Assembly: GCA_963663405.2 (NCBI GenBank)
Contig: CAXXSM010000070.1
Location: 32,001-96,000 of the forward strand
Direction of reading: 5' to 3'
Source of the DNA: a bacterium
GTDB lineage: Bacteria > Hinthialibacterota > Hinthialibacteria > Hinthialibacterales > Hinthialibacteraceae
Length of the DNA: 64,000 bases
The translations under genes and the position numbers were made by a program. The notes beneath the pieces were generated by a model. That model was not told the origin of the DNA. It saw only the letters and a program-made list of their open reading frames with translations, and did no database searches. Numbering within the stretch: the stretch's first letter is position 1; each line of letters starts with the position of its first letter. Shown piece by piece: positions 20,472 through 32,352 of this stretch.

Positions 20472-21833
20472 TATTCACCTCAAGGTTCTCCATACGATCC
20501 CTTAATGATATTCAAAAAGAACGATGAACGCAACTCCGAGTGAATTAATAATAATCACCATAGTTATACATTATAATTCACTTAAAAGGATCATCTTGTT
20601 AGATTTATAATAAGTTTTTAAATTACTCGGCCACGGCGAAAGCCGAATTTGGCCCCCACTTTCTATTCCTTTGCCACTTAGATTCATTAAACTATAAAAA
20701 TCAGATATAGCGAAATAGCAAAAAGTTGAAAAAAATCTTGTCCATTGATAGAACAATTCTTGAATTTTGCCTTGCATGGGCTTTTTCGCATCCGCATCAG
20801 ATAAAGAGTTTTAACGCAACACGGTTCCCTTCATTTTGAAATGTTTATTATTTCATTATAGTGAATAAGAGTATAAATATTCATTTTTTTTATGTAAGGA
20901 TATACCACCTATTCATGATTATTAATTTAGATATCAACCATCATGATAGAGATCCCAACGTGAAAATGAATTGCGAACGAGCAAGTTTCGGTTACTATAC
21001 TATTCAAAATTGTAGTAGGTCAGTCAAATGAATTGATATCGTAACAATCATCAACAAACAAGGTGTCAAGAAGTTTATTCTCCTCCCGTAATACTCCGGC
21101 GCGAGCGCCGGTTATTGGGGGGAGTTAGATGGGGTTGAACGTTAATGGAACAACCCTCTCTTCCCCAGGCTTGGGGGAGAAATCTATTATTTCAGATGGC
21201 TGATCATTACCCAAAATTTATAAAATCCTTTGGCGCAATAGAAAAGAAAAGGCCCCTGATGTTTTCTTACGAGTTAATGTTTGATTCGGATAAGGCTTTT
21301 TTCCCTTTTCTTGTTTGTTGCGTGAATCATTTGAGTGGTAATAATTATTTATATAATCAATTAACCGGTCTATTTTGGTGGATCTTATAGCCATCCCATC
21401 AATGAAATGGTTCTATTATATAATATTTCAAGTAATATTACAACTTATTTTTTAATATTTTTTTGAAAAAAACGGATCGAGATTGGCCCAGTCAAGAATC
21501 GGCAGTGTATTTTTTCCGAACTCCTCTGGATAGCCCGATTATGGGTTGTATACTTATTGTTTTGCCTTTTATATATAAACCATCATGATTGAGATCACAA
21601 CCTGCAAATGAAAATGAGTCACGGAAGAATTTTCGCCTAAGATAGTCCTGTGGACTCATTTTCATCTATAAGGTGTTGTGGTAGAGAGGCCCTTCAAAAC
21701 GGAACTGCCCAAATAACTAGATCGAGCCAATCAACATCAATATTTATTGATTCTATAATAGGTCTTGACTTGATATCATTTCTTCAGTAAAGGCTATTAG
21801 CTAAAGAAAATTTGATAAGCAAAGATTTATCCT

Positions 21834-23060
21834 ATGAAAAATATAGCGGATTTTTTGATCGTAGGAGGGGGGATACTGGGGATTTGTATGGCGTTGGAGC
21901 TTAAAAAACGCTATGCGGATCAGGAAATCATCATTCTTGAAAAAGAGGAGCGATGCGGTCTGCACGCCAGCGGGAGAAATAGTGGAGTAATACACGCTGG
22001 TTTCTATTATACCGCTGATTCGTTGAAAGCGAAATTTACCCGGAATGGTAATATCCGCTTAACGCAATACTGCCTAGAGAAGGGGATTCCGATCCGGCAA
22101 TGCGGGAAACTCGTCGTGGCCAAAGACGAGAACGATCTTCCGCAGTTCATGGAATTGATGGCCCGCGCCGAGAAGAACGGCGTTCCTTTGAAAGAAATTT
22201 CGAAGGGGGAAGCCCAAGAGATCGAACCGCGGGTCAAGACCTTTGAGAGAGCGCTGTTTTCCCCTACGACTTCCTCTACGGATCCAGAGGCGGTGTTGCG
22301 TCAGCTGGAGTGGGATGCGGAACGCGTGGGAGTGCGGTTTGAGCGAGGCGTTCGGTTTTTAAGGCGGGAGAAACAGGAGGGAGGGGATCAGGGGGCGTAT
22401 GTGATCCGCACTACGGGCGCGATGTATCATGCGGGATATTTTATCAACGCCGCGGGTTTGTACGCGGATCGAGTGGCCCGGCAGTTTGGATTTTCGAAAC
22501 ACTACCGGATTCTTCCGTTTAAAGGATTGTATTTATATTCGAGGGAGGCGCCCGGCGCGTTCCAAACGAATATTTATCCTGTGCCGGATTTACGCAATCC
22601 TTTTTTAGGCGTTCACTTTACGGTGAAAGGAGACGGGCGCGCGAAAATTGGACCGACGGCGATCCCGGCGGTTTGGCGTGAGCAGTATAAAGGCATGGAG
22701 AATTTTCAGTGGGATGAATTTTTGGAGATTGCGATCCGGGGATTGGGTTTGCTCATTCATTCGGAATTTGATTTCAAGCGATTGGCGGTTGAGGAACTCA
22801 GAAAGTATTCGCGGAAGCGGCTCGTTCAGCTGGCGCAGAGCTTGGCGAAGGGTGTGAAAGTAGAAGATTATCGTCAGTGGGGGCCTGCGGGGATTCGAGC
22901 GCAACTATTGGATGTTCGAAAGAGAAAGTTAGAGATGGATTTTGTTGTAGAAGGGGATCACCGGTCGCTTCATATTTTGAATGCGGTGTCTCCGGGGTGG
23001 ACCTGCGCTCATCCCTTTTCTGAATATTTGTGTGATCAAATCGAAAGCAGGCAATCGTAA
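21834..23060 (+). CDS. lhgO: L-2-hydroxyglutarate oxidase family FAD oxidoreductase
   Basis: IVGGGILG, HASGRNSGVIHAGFYY..SLKAKF, IYPVPD..PFLGVHFT, AGIRAQ, LNAVSPG. Confidence 0.88.
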   Translation: MKNIADFLIVGGGILGICMALELKKRYADQEIIILEKEERCGLHASGRNSGVIHAGFYYTADSLKAKFTRNGNIRLTQYCLEKGIPIRQCGKLVVAKDENDLPQFMELMARAEKNGVPLKEISKGEAQEIEPRVKTFERALFSPTTSSTDPEAVLRQLEWDAERVGVRFERGVRFLRREKQEGGDQGAYVIRTTGAMYHAGYFINAAGLYADRVARQFGFSKHYRILPFKGLYLYSREAPGAFQTNIYPVPDLRNPFLGVHFTVKGDGRAKIGPTAIPAVWREQYKGMENFQWDEFLEIAIRGLGLLIHSEFDFKRLAVEELRKYSRKRLVQLAQSLAKGVKVEDYRQWGPAGIRAQLLDVRKRKLEMDFVVEGDHRSLHILNAVSPGWTCAHPFSEYLCDQIESRQS

Positions 23061-23332
23061 TACAAAGCGTTCCATAAAACTGATGGGCAGGGATAGAAAT
23101 CAAGGTGAGACCATTTAAGCGTGTTCTGATTCGCGTGGGGAATCGGATCATTCATGACACACACAAATTGGTTGTTTGACAGCGCTGATATTATCCATTA
23201 TGATTGTCCATATGGTTAATGCGTTTTCTAGAATTTAAACTATTTATTGAATGTCGATTTTCGTCATGAATTAAATCAGATTTTCGAATTTTATAGAACT
23301 TAATATTTATATGGGAAAAAGAGGAACTTTGT

Positions 23333-24553
23333 ATGTTTGAACAACAGATGGTGAGTTCGGTTATTAACCGGGATTACGATCTCTTTTCCACTGATATACA
23401 AGAACAAGAGGAACAACTCTATTCAGCAATCGGAAATAGCCGTATCCTAGTTATCGGTGGCGCTGGAAGCATTGGATCTTCAACCGTAAAACAGATCGCG
23501 CTCTATAAACCAAAGGCATTACATATCGTAGATCAAAATGAAAATTGTTTGGCGGAATTAGTACGGAATCTTCGAAGTGGTTTTTTGAATTTTGACTGCA
23601 AAGACTTTCGGACATATCCATTGGATTTTGGCTCTCCAATCATGGAGCGATTTATCCTTGAGTCTGATGATTATGATTATATTTTGAATTTTGCCGCTCT
23701 GAAACATGTACGATCTGAAAAAGATCAATATTCGCTTCTTCAATTAATCGATACCAATATAGTCAAAATGGCCCGATTTCTTCAATGGTTAAGCAGAAAG
23801 GAGGGTAGACCTCGATATTTTTGTGTATCCACAGACAAAGCGGCGAATCCCGTCAATCTTATGGGCGCAAGTAAGCGAATAATGGAGAGATTGATTTTTT
23901 CGAATGAAATCGTAAAAGACTTTCAAATTACGGTCACTTCGGCGCGATTTGCGAATGTGGCTTTTTCAAATGGTAGTCTTTTAGATAGTTTTTTAAAGAG
24001 AATTAGAAATTTACAACCGATCGCATCTCCAGAAAATACGCGGCGTTTCTTTATCTCAATGCAGGAATCCGGACAAATCTGTCTCCTGGCGGCGTTTTGC
24101 GCGCCGGATAATCATCTTTTAATTCCCCGCATGGAACCTGAGAAAGATTTAATTCAATTAGAAGATGTTGCGAAACATGTGCTTCAATATCATGGATATG
24201 AACCTAAAATATATAGAAGTGAAGTTGAGGCCAAGCAAAATATTCAATCTGATTTATTGAAAAAACAATACCCATTAATTTTGACGCCACTGAATACGAG
24301 TGGAGAAAAGCCCTATGAAGAATTCTGTGGAGATGAGGAAAGGGCAATTGATATTGGGATGAAAAGTGTTTTGGGCATTAAGCATCAACCAGAAACACAA
24401 GGTTCAATGCAGCAGTTCTTAGATGAAATAATGAAGATGATATATGATCCAAAATACTCCCTATCGAAGGAAGTAATTATTCATATATTTTCATCGATTC
24501 TCCCTCAACTTAGGCATATAGAAACAGGAAGAAATTTGGATGAAAGAATGTAA
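23333..24553 (+). CDS. UDP-GlcNAc 4,6-dehydratase-like (Polysacc_synt_2 family), soluble
   Basis: IGGAGSIG, NFAALKHVRSEKD, STDKAANPVNLMGASK, SARFANVAFSNGSL. Confidence 0.88.
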   Translation: MFEQQMVSSVINRDYDLFSTDIQEQEEQLYSAIGNSRILVIGGAGSIGSSTVKQIALYKPKALHIVDQNENCLAELVRNLRSGFLNFDCKDFRTYPLDFGSPIMERFILESDDYDYILNFAALKHVRSEKDQYSLLQLIDTNIVKMARFLQWLSRKEGRPRYFCVSTDKAANPVNLMGASKRIMERLIFSNEIVKDFQITVTSARFANVAFSNGSLLDSFLKRIRNLQPIASPENTRRFFISMQESGQICLLAAFCAPDNHLLIPRMEPEKDLIQLEDVAKHVLQYHGYEPKIYRSEVEAKQNIQSDLLKKQYPLILTPLNTSGEKPYEEFCGDEERAIDIGMKSVLGIKHQPETQGSMQQFLDEIMKMIYDPKYSLSKEVIIHIFSSILPQLRHIETGRNLDERM

Positions 24554-24771
24554 TACCATACAAGAATTTCAATCACTGCTAGCGCGGCGAAAAAAAAGAC
24601 TCTATAAGACGTAACTTACGTATATACAATGTATGATAAGCTAATCAATACCTTTGTCTATGGATTATTGTTTTGAGTACTGACTTTTTGTTATTTTACA
24701 AAAATCATACGTATTGTGAGTTATATAATTCAAGTTTTGATTGTTTACTTTTTTTAATTTGAAACAAAAAT

Positions 24772-25855
24772 ATGAGAATCTGTTATATCGGTGATGGGGA
24801 ATCCATTCACAATCATTTCATGGTGGATTGGTTTGTGAAGCGCGGGCATGATGTGCTATTCTTGACCGATACGCCTGAGAACGCGCCGGTGTGTGAGGTG
24901 GGCCGTGTCACGATCTCGCGTGGCTGGGGGCTGTTGCGGCATCTCTACGCCGCGATGCGGGTGCGTGGGTGGATTCAAGATTGGAAGCCGGATGTCGTGC
25001 ACGCGCATAATGTGACCGGGTATGGTTATTGGGGGGCGCTGGCGGGCTTTGCGCCGTTGGTGATGACCGCGTGGGGATCGGATTTGAATCTTTTAGCGCA
25101 GCGGAGCGCGTTCGTCCGGTTCTGCATCTCTCACAGTCTGCGGACGGCGGATCTGATCACTGGAGACGCGGAAGCGCTATGTCAAACCGCGCGTGAATTG
25201 GCAGGAAAGAGCGTGGACGCGCGGTTGCTGCAATGGGGCGTTGATCCCACAGCGTATGATGGCGAGATTGACCCAGAAGCGTGCGAACGGCTTCGAGCGG
25301 GGAAGGAATTTGTCTTTATCAGTACACGCCGTTTGCGTCCATTATATAATATCGACGTGATTTTGAACGCGTACGCCCGGGCGATGCACCGGTTGCCATC
25401 GAGCCGTCTCTTAATTGTGGGAGACGATCATCAGAAATCGGATCTGACTGCGCTTGTCGACGATTTGGGGGCTTAGTAAAAATGTTTCTTTTTTAGGGTG
25501 GTTGTCTCAACCGGATTTGATTGAGGCGCTTTGTTCCTCGGACGCGTTTATTTCCGTGCCTGCGAGTGACAGTACGGCGTTATCATTATTGGAAGCGTTC
25601 GCCGCCCGGCTGCCTGTCATTGTGTCGGATTTACCCGCGAATTATGAGTGGATCGAGCCGGGGGAGAATGGTTTGTTCGTGAAACCCGGCGATGTCGATG
25701 CGCTGATGGAAGCGATGATCGAAGTGGCCGGCAACGAAACGCGAAGCCGTGAATGGGGCGCCAAACTCCGTGCGATTGTGGAGACGCGCGGGAACCGGAA
25801 TCTAGAGATGGAGAAACTGGAGGGCTGGTACCAAGAATTGCTGGATCAACGTTGA
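24772..25855 (+). CDS. GT4 glycosyltransferase (frameshift near 25470)
   Basis: KPDVVHAH, TAWGSD, STRRLRPLYN, LSLLEAFAARLPVIVSD. Confidence 0.88.
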
Positions 25856-25870
25856 TCGGCACCGTTGGTC

Positions 25871-27957
25871 TTAGAAGGTATAGGCGACTTTTGTGAAGAC
25901 GCTGTTTCCTGATTCATCGCCATCATCGACGCTGTTGAAGACGAGGTACCAGTGGGCGTTGTGGATGAATTCCCAGCCGTAGATGACGCTGATATTGTGC
26001 AGACTGTCGTTCTTATGCTGCAGAGAAGTTTTCAGCCACATTTTGTCAGTGAAATAGTAATCGAAAACCACTCGGTTCAGCCATACTGTCTCGTCTTCAT
26101 CCGTAGGAAGGTCTTCAAAGCGGATGACGAATTCGTAACGGATGGGTAGACGTTCAAATGGATTGATCCGTTTGCCTACAATGTATTCATCGTACTCGGT
26201 TTCTTCAAATTCACCTCTCGCCCATGTGATATCCATTGATTTCCAATAATCCGATTCGTTGATGAGGATTCCCGCGAGAGAGCGGCGGTTGTCGTAGGGG
26301 GCGTGGTAATCTTCGGAATGGCCCATCGTAAAACCAAAATTGTTTTGAAACACCACTCTAGAGTAGTATGCAAAGTCACGGAGGATTGTGGCTCCGCTGT
26401 CGTCTTCATAGAGTTCGCTTTCGAAGGATGTGTAAATACTTTTGTACCATTTATCATCGGACCGGGGATTGTAATGGACTTCGAATTCAGGACCGAAGAT
26501 ATTACGGCGGGGGATATAGCCGAGGGTGGGATTGAATTCGTCTGTGATTCCCCGGTAACCGAGTGAGAATCCCCAGGGATATTTATCGTACTCGATCGAG
26601 GTGTGACCGAGGAAATCGAGACTGTCTTTTCCAAAATCATCGGGGGCGGGGCCGGGGCGCTGGCGGTCGTCCGCCGCGGAACCTTGAAAATGTAACCGCA
26701 CATCGTCATTTAAAAAGAGTTCGCCATCCATACTGGCGACACGCGAATGTCCGTCTGTGAATTCCGATTCGCTAATATAGTATCCCACCGACGATTTTTC
26801 ACCCACATTTTGGAGAACGCGGAAGATCGAGTTGTTGCCATAGCGCGCGTGTCATCGTGTGTGGTGTCTCCGTGAATATTGAAGAAGGCGAATTTGTATC
26901 CTTCATAATCTCCACTGACTTTGGCGCCGGTTTCTATATTGGTGAAACGGCGGCTGTAGTAGAGCCGGTCGCGCATATTGAGAAGCTCTTCCCCTTCGCG
27001 GAAGAAGAGGCGTTTTTTCGGGCAGGAAACGTTCGGTATCGCGCAGCTCGATTGTGTCATCGTCCGCTTCGACCTGGCCGAAATCGGGATTGATGGTCCA
27101 GGCGGTGGTGATGGCGGGAGTGAGGCGGAAATTGGCGTCGACACCGGTTTGGAAGAAAGTGTCAGTATCGCCATCGAAATCCATGCGTGTACTGACGTAT
27201 GGGGTGATTTCCAAGTTGCGGTCAAATACGCTGTCCGCCAGATCGAGTCCAGTTAGGTGACCGAAATAGCGTGGTTTGTAGTAATTGGTTTTCGTTGTAA
27301 CTCCAGAAACTGGTGGTGTCGGTGCGGCGCAGCATACGGGTGAAATTGAATCCCCATGTTTGGCCGTCTTTGCGGTAATAGTTCAAAATACTGAAGGGGA
27401 TGCTCATTTCGAAGACCCAGCGGTCTTCGTAGATTTTCGCTTCGAGTTCCCATTCAGCGGTCCAACCTCGGTTGAAGACGCCTGAGGGGCCTTCGCTGGC
27501 GTCGGCTTTTGTACCGAGTGGATTGGAGAAGAACGCATATTTGGAACGGTGGGTGTGCGTGGGATCGAAATGGACTTCAACCCAGTCGTCACCTACAAAT
27601 TCCCGGTCTTCCCGGCGTTCGCTGGCGTGGATTTCCTCGATGTTGTCGTCGAAACATTCGACTGCGATGTAGAGATGGGTTTTCGTATAGGCGACACGGG
27701 CGGTAGTTTGTTGTTCGGCGGGTTGTCCAGTGCGGATATCGATGAAATTCGACGTGACTTCGGCTTCCCGCCAAAACGGCTCATCCAAGACGCCATCAAC
27801 AGTGATGGGGCGCGTCTGTTTTATATGCGCGGAAGGATGGGACATTCGCGTTTGGATCTTTATGCGCCCATGCCGTCAGGCTGAATGAGCAGAAAAGAAA
27901 ACCACACAGTAATGGAATACAAAAAGAGGATTCAATCGGACCAATATTAATTTTCAT
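25871..27957 (-). CDS. CBM9-like domain plus DUF5916-type outer-membrane protein (frameshifted into about 4 pieces)
   Basis: ITVDGVLDEPFW, LYIAVECFD, INPDFGQVEADD, FLPEKR.FF.EG, FNPTLGYIPR, C-terminal KVAYTF. Confidence 0.8.
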
Positions 27958-28063
27958 ACTTTCCCACATCAATGCATCGTCAGTAAAAAACAAAAGTGTT
28001 GGAAGTTTGGCTTCAATTTATTACGCTGTCAACCGGAACGCAGGGAGGGAAGGTATTTATCAA

Positions 28064-29088
28064 TTAGTGAAGTATGGATTGTATGAAGGCGGTGAACTGG
28101 TTGATATCTTCGGGGGTCGTGTCAAACGATGTCATCCAGCGAACTTCGTTTATGGCTTCATTCCAGACATAGAAAAAGAATTGCTTCTGTAGTTCAGGAA
28201 TGCAGTTTTTGGGAAGGGTGGCGAAAATCGCGTTGGATTCAACTTTTTGTGTGATTTGAATTGGTGGGATTTTTTTGTATTTGTTGATGGAGCAGCGCGG
28301 TCATTTCGTTCGCCCGCTGTGCGTTGCGCAGCCAGAGATCGTTGGTGAGATAGGCGGTGTATTGAGCGGCGATGAAACGCATCTTGGACGCGAGCTGCAT
28401 TCCTTGTTTGCGGATGTATTTGAAATCATGTGTCAGCCCGTTCTGAAAAAATAGAATACATTCGCCGAACATCAATCCATTTTTTTGTCCCGCCGAAGGA
28501 GATGACGTCGACTCCTGCGTCTGTTGTGATCTGGCGCAGGTTTAGTCCTAAATGCGCGGCGGCGTTAGCCAATCTCGCGCCATCCATGTGCAGCAGCATA
28601 TTGTGTTTATGCGCGAAATCGGCGAGTGTTATAATTTCATTTGGTTGATAAACTCCACCCAGTTCCGTTGCTTGTGTGATGGAGATGACTTTCGGTTGGG
28701 AATGGTGTTCGAAATCGAAGCCATGCATGTGTTGCTGGATTCCCTCGATTGTAAGTTTTCCGTCCGGGGAGGGGACGGTGAGTAACTTACATCCAGTGAA
28801 GCGTTCAGGGGCGCCGCATTCGTCGTTATGAATATGGGATGATTCCACGCAGATGATGGAGTGGAATGGATTCGTGATTTGATCCAATCCCAGCACATTC
28901 GCGGCGGTTCCAGCGAAGACGAAGAAAGGCTCTGCCTCGTCTCCGAAGTGTTCCTTGATTTTATCGATGGCGTTGTGTGTCCAGGGATCGTCTCCATAGG
29001 CGATGGCGTGATCTGTATTGGCGGAGAGGATGGCGTCCATGATTTCTGGATGGACGCCGGAATTGTTGTCGCTGGCGAAGCTTCGCAT
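28064..29088 (-). CDS. ltaE: Low-specificity L-threonine aldolase (frameshifted)
   Basis: MRSFASDNNSGVHP, LHMDGARLANA, SFGGTK, KQGMQLASKMRF, EVRWMTSFDTT. Confidence 0.9.
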
Positions 29089-29300
29089 GTTTTTCTTGAT
29101 CCTTTTGGTGTTTATTATGGTTAACTGGATTATCGCCAGGGCAGAAAAACGCCTTGCCCTGGGTACCAACGAAACTGGCATCGCGTGTTTTTCTTGATCC
29201 TTTTAGTGATTGTAATGGTTAACTTACTTTTTCGGATTATCGCCTGGGTAGAAAAAAGTAAAAAGCTCCGGCGCGAGCGCCGGTACATGCCCTGGGTACC
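29088..29300. repeat. Imperfect tandem duplication upstream of ltaE, each copy ending in a REP-like hairpin
   Basis: TGTTTTTCTTGATCCTTTT..ATGGTTAACT..GGATTATCGCC..GCCCTGGGTACC at 29088-29167 and 29186-29300. Confidence 0.8.
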
Positions 29301-29475
29301 CGGTTTTAAAATATTTTGTGATCTATGATGCCTTTGATTTTACGGAATGTATATGGCAAGGGGGGAAAATTGAATCATAGCGTCTTTCTATGGACGCCGC
29401 CCGTTCAACATGAAATAGATAAGAGTCGCGCTGTTTATTACTTTTTAACTAATTCTGCTTACTTTTGTGGGTGCA

Positions 29476-29511
29476 CGCCAGGGCAGATGAAAAACCTTGC
29501 CCTGGCCACCC
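29476..29511. repeat. REP-like hairpin family (also at 29133-29167, 29241-29300, 49212-49245, 49300-49326)
   Basis: GCCAGGGCA-loop-TGCCCTGGC-CACCC; 27 bp identical between 29485-29511 and 49300-49326. Confidence 0.75.
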
Positions 29512-29562
29512 TGTATGCTTTTTCTTGCCTTAGCCATCTTGCATGCTTTATTTGGTTCGCTG

Positions 29563-32236
29563 TTAGCGCAATGACCAATCATCTACCGCTGTTGGGCGTT
29601 CGATGAAGTTGATTCGTTCGATTCCACCGGATTCCCAGGGGAATGTTGGGTGATTGCCGGCGAACCAGTGGAGTACGCCTTCATCGTAATCAATGGCGAG
29701 GACTTGGAATCCTACTTGATCGCCTGTCTGAGGAGGAAAGACATCACTGATGAAATCGCCCTGCATCGCTCCCCAAGGGATTTTGATCTCCACCGTCCAA
29801 TCCTGTGTTTCCGGATCGACGCTGGCGGCGAAGGTTGAATCGTCCATGATATCGTTTGTGATCCAGCCGTCGAAATCGTTTTTCGCGTCAATTTCACCAG
29901 CTCCATTGTCTGGGGCGATGGTGGGGATATACATGTTTGTTGTTTGGGTTTCATCGGGTGATTCGGCGAAAACGAATTGGAGGGTGTCCGATCCATTCGG
30001 GTAGGGACCGACGTAGGAGTAATTATCATCCTGAGCGGATATCGCCGCGTAGAAGAATTCATCGTCCCAAAGGAAATAATATGTCGCGCTGAAATCTTCC
30101 AAGGGAGTTTTCCCGCATTCCGGAGGATGAATTGGCTCCCGCATGAATCATGTCGGGGGAAGTAGGGATCAGGGGATACGCATTCAGGGTTTTCGGAATT
30201 GATTACCATGGCTTGCGCGCCTTCGTATTCTTCCGGGTCGTGACGGAGCCGTCGATTGTGATGACTTGATCGGGGAGCCGTTTGACCGCATTGACCGGCC
30301 AGCCGCTTTCGGGCGCGTTTCCTGATACTGTTGCAAAGAGGTCGTCGACGTAGACCGAGGTTCCAGCGGGGGATTTTTTGAATAGAGTTGGATCGCCATT
30401 TTGAGTCCGATCACTGGGATCGAAGATTAAGGCGAAGGCTGAATTCAAATGGAACCCACTGATCAAATACGGGATCGGTGATACTGCCCCACATTGTTTT
30501 TCGGTTACGCCATCCCATTCTTGGATTCGGAACCACAAGTGAGAATCGGCGTCCCATGAGGGATGCGGGAACATAGTAGTATCCTTTCAACGTGACGATG
30601 GAGCCGCTTGGAATCTCCAGCCCATCTTCTACGTCTTGAACCACCGCATGGTATTGATCGCTGCCGAGGCCTTGAATTTCCAGAGCCGTGGCGCCGGAGA
30701 AAAACCATATCCGTTGTCAGCGCGAAATTGTCGATGGTTTCCGGCTCCTTCATGGCGCCACGCCGGGTTCGAGAGCGCCTTCGAAACCGTTGTTCTCGAC
30801 CCGCTTCGTCAATGAAACGAATCCAGTCGATTTCAACGGTATAATCGACGGGAGAGAGAAATCGCCAAAGTCGTAGCGGATATAATTGAACCAGCCATCC
30901 CAGCTGCCGCTTAAATCCTGGTAGATTACGAACCACTCACCTTCAACGGGAACGGTGTATGCAAGGGAAGAATGCCCGCCTTCCACGGGGAACCAGTAAT
31001 TGTTGTAGCCACTGAGATCCGCGCCGGAGGAGATGCGCATGCGGGCGGCGATTCCTTTCATGCTGTCCGCGTTATAGGCGGCCGGTGGGGCTTTCCAAGT
31101 AGGGATCGTTGGTATCCGCGGCGATGGAGACGGTCAAGATCCCGTCCGCCACGTCCAGACTTGTGATGCCGTTTCCAATTTCCCAGCCGTTGGTGTCTCC
31201 GTCTGTGTTGAATTCCCAATTGGCGTCCGGCCAACGGAAATAATCCACTTCTTCGGGTGGGGGCTTTGACGTCGACGAAGATGTCATCGAAGTAAAAGAC
31301 CTGTCCGCTGGGATTTTTTGGAGTAGAGTTCCACGATCAGTTTTTTCACGTTTCTTCCGGTTCGTATTGGAGTGTCAGCCGGCTTTCAAAATCGAACCAT
31401 TCATCAAAGACTGTGACTTCAATGGGAGGGCTAAGGTTTTCGTGTAGTTCCATCCGATTCATTGACTCGAAACCAGAGTTCGGAGGAATCATCCCAGGCG
31501 TCCGCTGGGATTCGGGCGGCGCCAACCACCGCGACGGTCATGCCCTTTTCCAACGCAAGGCCATCGAACACTGGTTGGGAGAGACCATGATATCGATCGC
31601 TGCCTAAGCCGGTCACTTCCACCGAATAAAATTCGGAGTACCAGTCGTTGTCTATGACTTCGAAGGAACTAATGTCGCCTTCACCGATTGGCTCCCAGGG
31701 ATCAAGGGTTTCGAACTCAAAATTGTTTGTTTTCGAGGCGGTCATCCACCAAGCGGATCCAGTCGATTTCAATCGTGTATTCTTCAGGAACGAAATTGGC
31801 GAAATCAACGCGGATGGAGCTGATTTCCCCTTCCCAGATCATGGGGCTGTCGCCTCCTGCCGCGGTAAGGAGATCGATATAGACAATATTCCATTCGTCC
31901 GGAACAAGAATATCGTAATCAGCGCTGCCGTGTGAACCAGCCGAAGGGAAATAGTAGACCGCCGGTCCACCCAGGCTGAATATATCGTATGAACAGCGCA
32001 TTTTCATTTCGACACCGGTGATCCGGTCACCGTCGTAGGGGCCAACCGGACCTGTGATAAAGGGATCGTTCGTGTCCGCCGGGATGGTTACGATCAATTT
32101 GCCATCTATGGCTTCGACGGACTGAATGACGCCGTTTTTTTTGCCAGCCTTCGCGTTCTCCGTCAACGTTAAATTCCCAGGACCACGCGGGCGCGGCGGC
32201 GAAAAGGCATATTGTGTACAACCATAGTTTTTTCAT
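29563..32236 (-). CDS. Secreted multi-domain carbohydrate-binding protein (duplicated two-domain unit plus C-terminal CBM9-like domain), heavily frameshifted
   Basis: Signal peptide MKKLWLYTICLFAAAPAWS; two copies of WEFNxDG..GW..ADTNDP..IDWIR..ENNxFE..GLGSDxYH; C-terminal WDDEFFY..WTVEIKIPW..GDQVGF. Confidence 0.75.
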
Positions 32237-32352
32237 ACTTGTTCTCCTACATTCTCGTTATGATGTTCGTTTCGCAATGGTATCGAATGGATGGACAAGC
32301 TGTCAAGAGAGGGGATACAAATGTGTGAATGGGGAGGAATTGAGGATGCGTA

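Noticed and set aside
21145-21390. 81-aa ORF in the wza/lhgO spacer
   Set aside because: Starts within a repeat hairpin, AT-rich, no motif
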